Positions 63,487 through 64,000 of a stretch of 64,000 nucleotides of DNA are shown here, one piece after another. This DNA comes from a virus (lineage: Duplodnaviria > Caudoviricetes): the IMG/VR virus record IMGVR_UViG_2844540631_000002, positions 1-64,000 of that record. One strand, given 5' to 3'. How positions within the stretch are numbered: the stretch's first letter is position 1; every line of letters starts with the position of its first letter. The notes beneath the pieces were generated by a model. The model ran no database searches. It saw only the letters and a program-made list of their open reading frames with translations, and had not been told where the DNA came from. The position numbers and the translations under genes were made by a program.

Positions 63487-63603
63487 AGGTGCTCCTGGTG
63501 GTGCGAGAGGTTGCAGGCGCAGCCGTCCGGCCAGCGCGCCCACGGCGAGCCGGACAGCAAGAGAAGCGAGGTGAAGTGGGGCCCGCCGGGCTGGGGGCGC
63601 GCG

Positions 63604-63999
63604 TCAGAAACCGCAGGTGTGGACGTTCTGCCCCGACAAGTACCGGCAGTCGCTCGGGTTGCTGCACAGCGGTCGGCACTGGCCCGCGGTGTTGGGCACG
63701 GAGCATGTGCTGCAAAAGCAACTCGTCTGGTGGCCGAAGGCCGTCACGAAGGTGGAGCAGAAACCCGCCGAGGAGTTCGTGGCGTCTGCGCAGTTCTCGG
63801 CGATGAGCACCCCAGCGCTCGTCGCGCAAGTGAAGTGGACTCGTGGGTTGGCCACGCTTGTCCCCGTGGCGGACGCACAGACGCCGTTGGCGTCGATGCT
63901 GCCGCACCTGCACGCCCCGCTGCCGTCAGCGGCGATTCGCTTGCACTGTCCCGGGCCGCAGTTGAGGGCGACGATGCCCTCCTGCGCGTCGCACCGCAC
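63604..63999 (-). CDS. Cys-rich secreted-type protein, 5' end probably outside window
   Basis: Dense Cys spacing typical of myxobacterial extracellular proteins. Confidence 0.6.
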   Translation of the reverse strand: MRCDAQEGIVALNCGPGQCKRIAADGSGACRCGSIDANGVCASATGTSVANPRVHFTCATSAGVLIAENCADATNSSAGFCSTFVTAFGHQTSCFCSTCSVPNTAGQCRPLCSNPSDCRYLSGQNVHTCGF

Positions 64000-64000
64000 C

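Overview
Most of this window (about 1-61,600) is a GC-rich temperate siphovirus prophage, and its codon bias and the flanking lipoprotein genes point to a myxobacterial host. The left end and any integrase lie outside the window. The early region (1-20 kb) holds a LexA-type HTH protein, a DUF5131/ASCH/DUF1643/PAPS-reductase cluster, C5-cytosine and N6-adenine methyltransferases, an SNF2 helicase, a replication initiator with internal iteron-like repeats, a RusA-like resolvase, a sigma factor and a dTMP kinase. The head module (21-30 kb) runs TerS, TerL, a stand-alone JAB protease, portal, minor head, scaffold and major capsid. The lambda-like non-contractile tail module (30-51 kb) runs tube, G/GT chaperones with a -1 frameshift, tape measure, M, L, K, I, J and fibre, and is interrupted by many mostly AT-richer accessory genes. 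After it come an AHH toxin/Imm11 pair, a lysis cassette and a leftward operon of small unknown ORFs behind a consensus sigma70 promoter with two palindromic operators. Probable host genes start at about 62 kb. The most striking items are: (i) an antisense moron fusing an HNH-type nuclease to a gp25/baseplate-wedge-like domain, which this siphovirus cannot use structurally (candidate anti-myophage sensor-effector); (ii) a ubiquitin-like tail protein I fused after Gly-Gly-Gly to a Hint domain, plus a second, stand-alone JAB metalloprotease in the head operon; (iii) a highly structured RNA leader in front of the major capsid gene. All family assignments come from recognising motifs by eye; no database searches were run.
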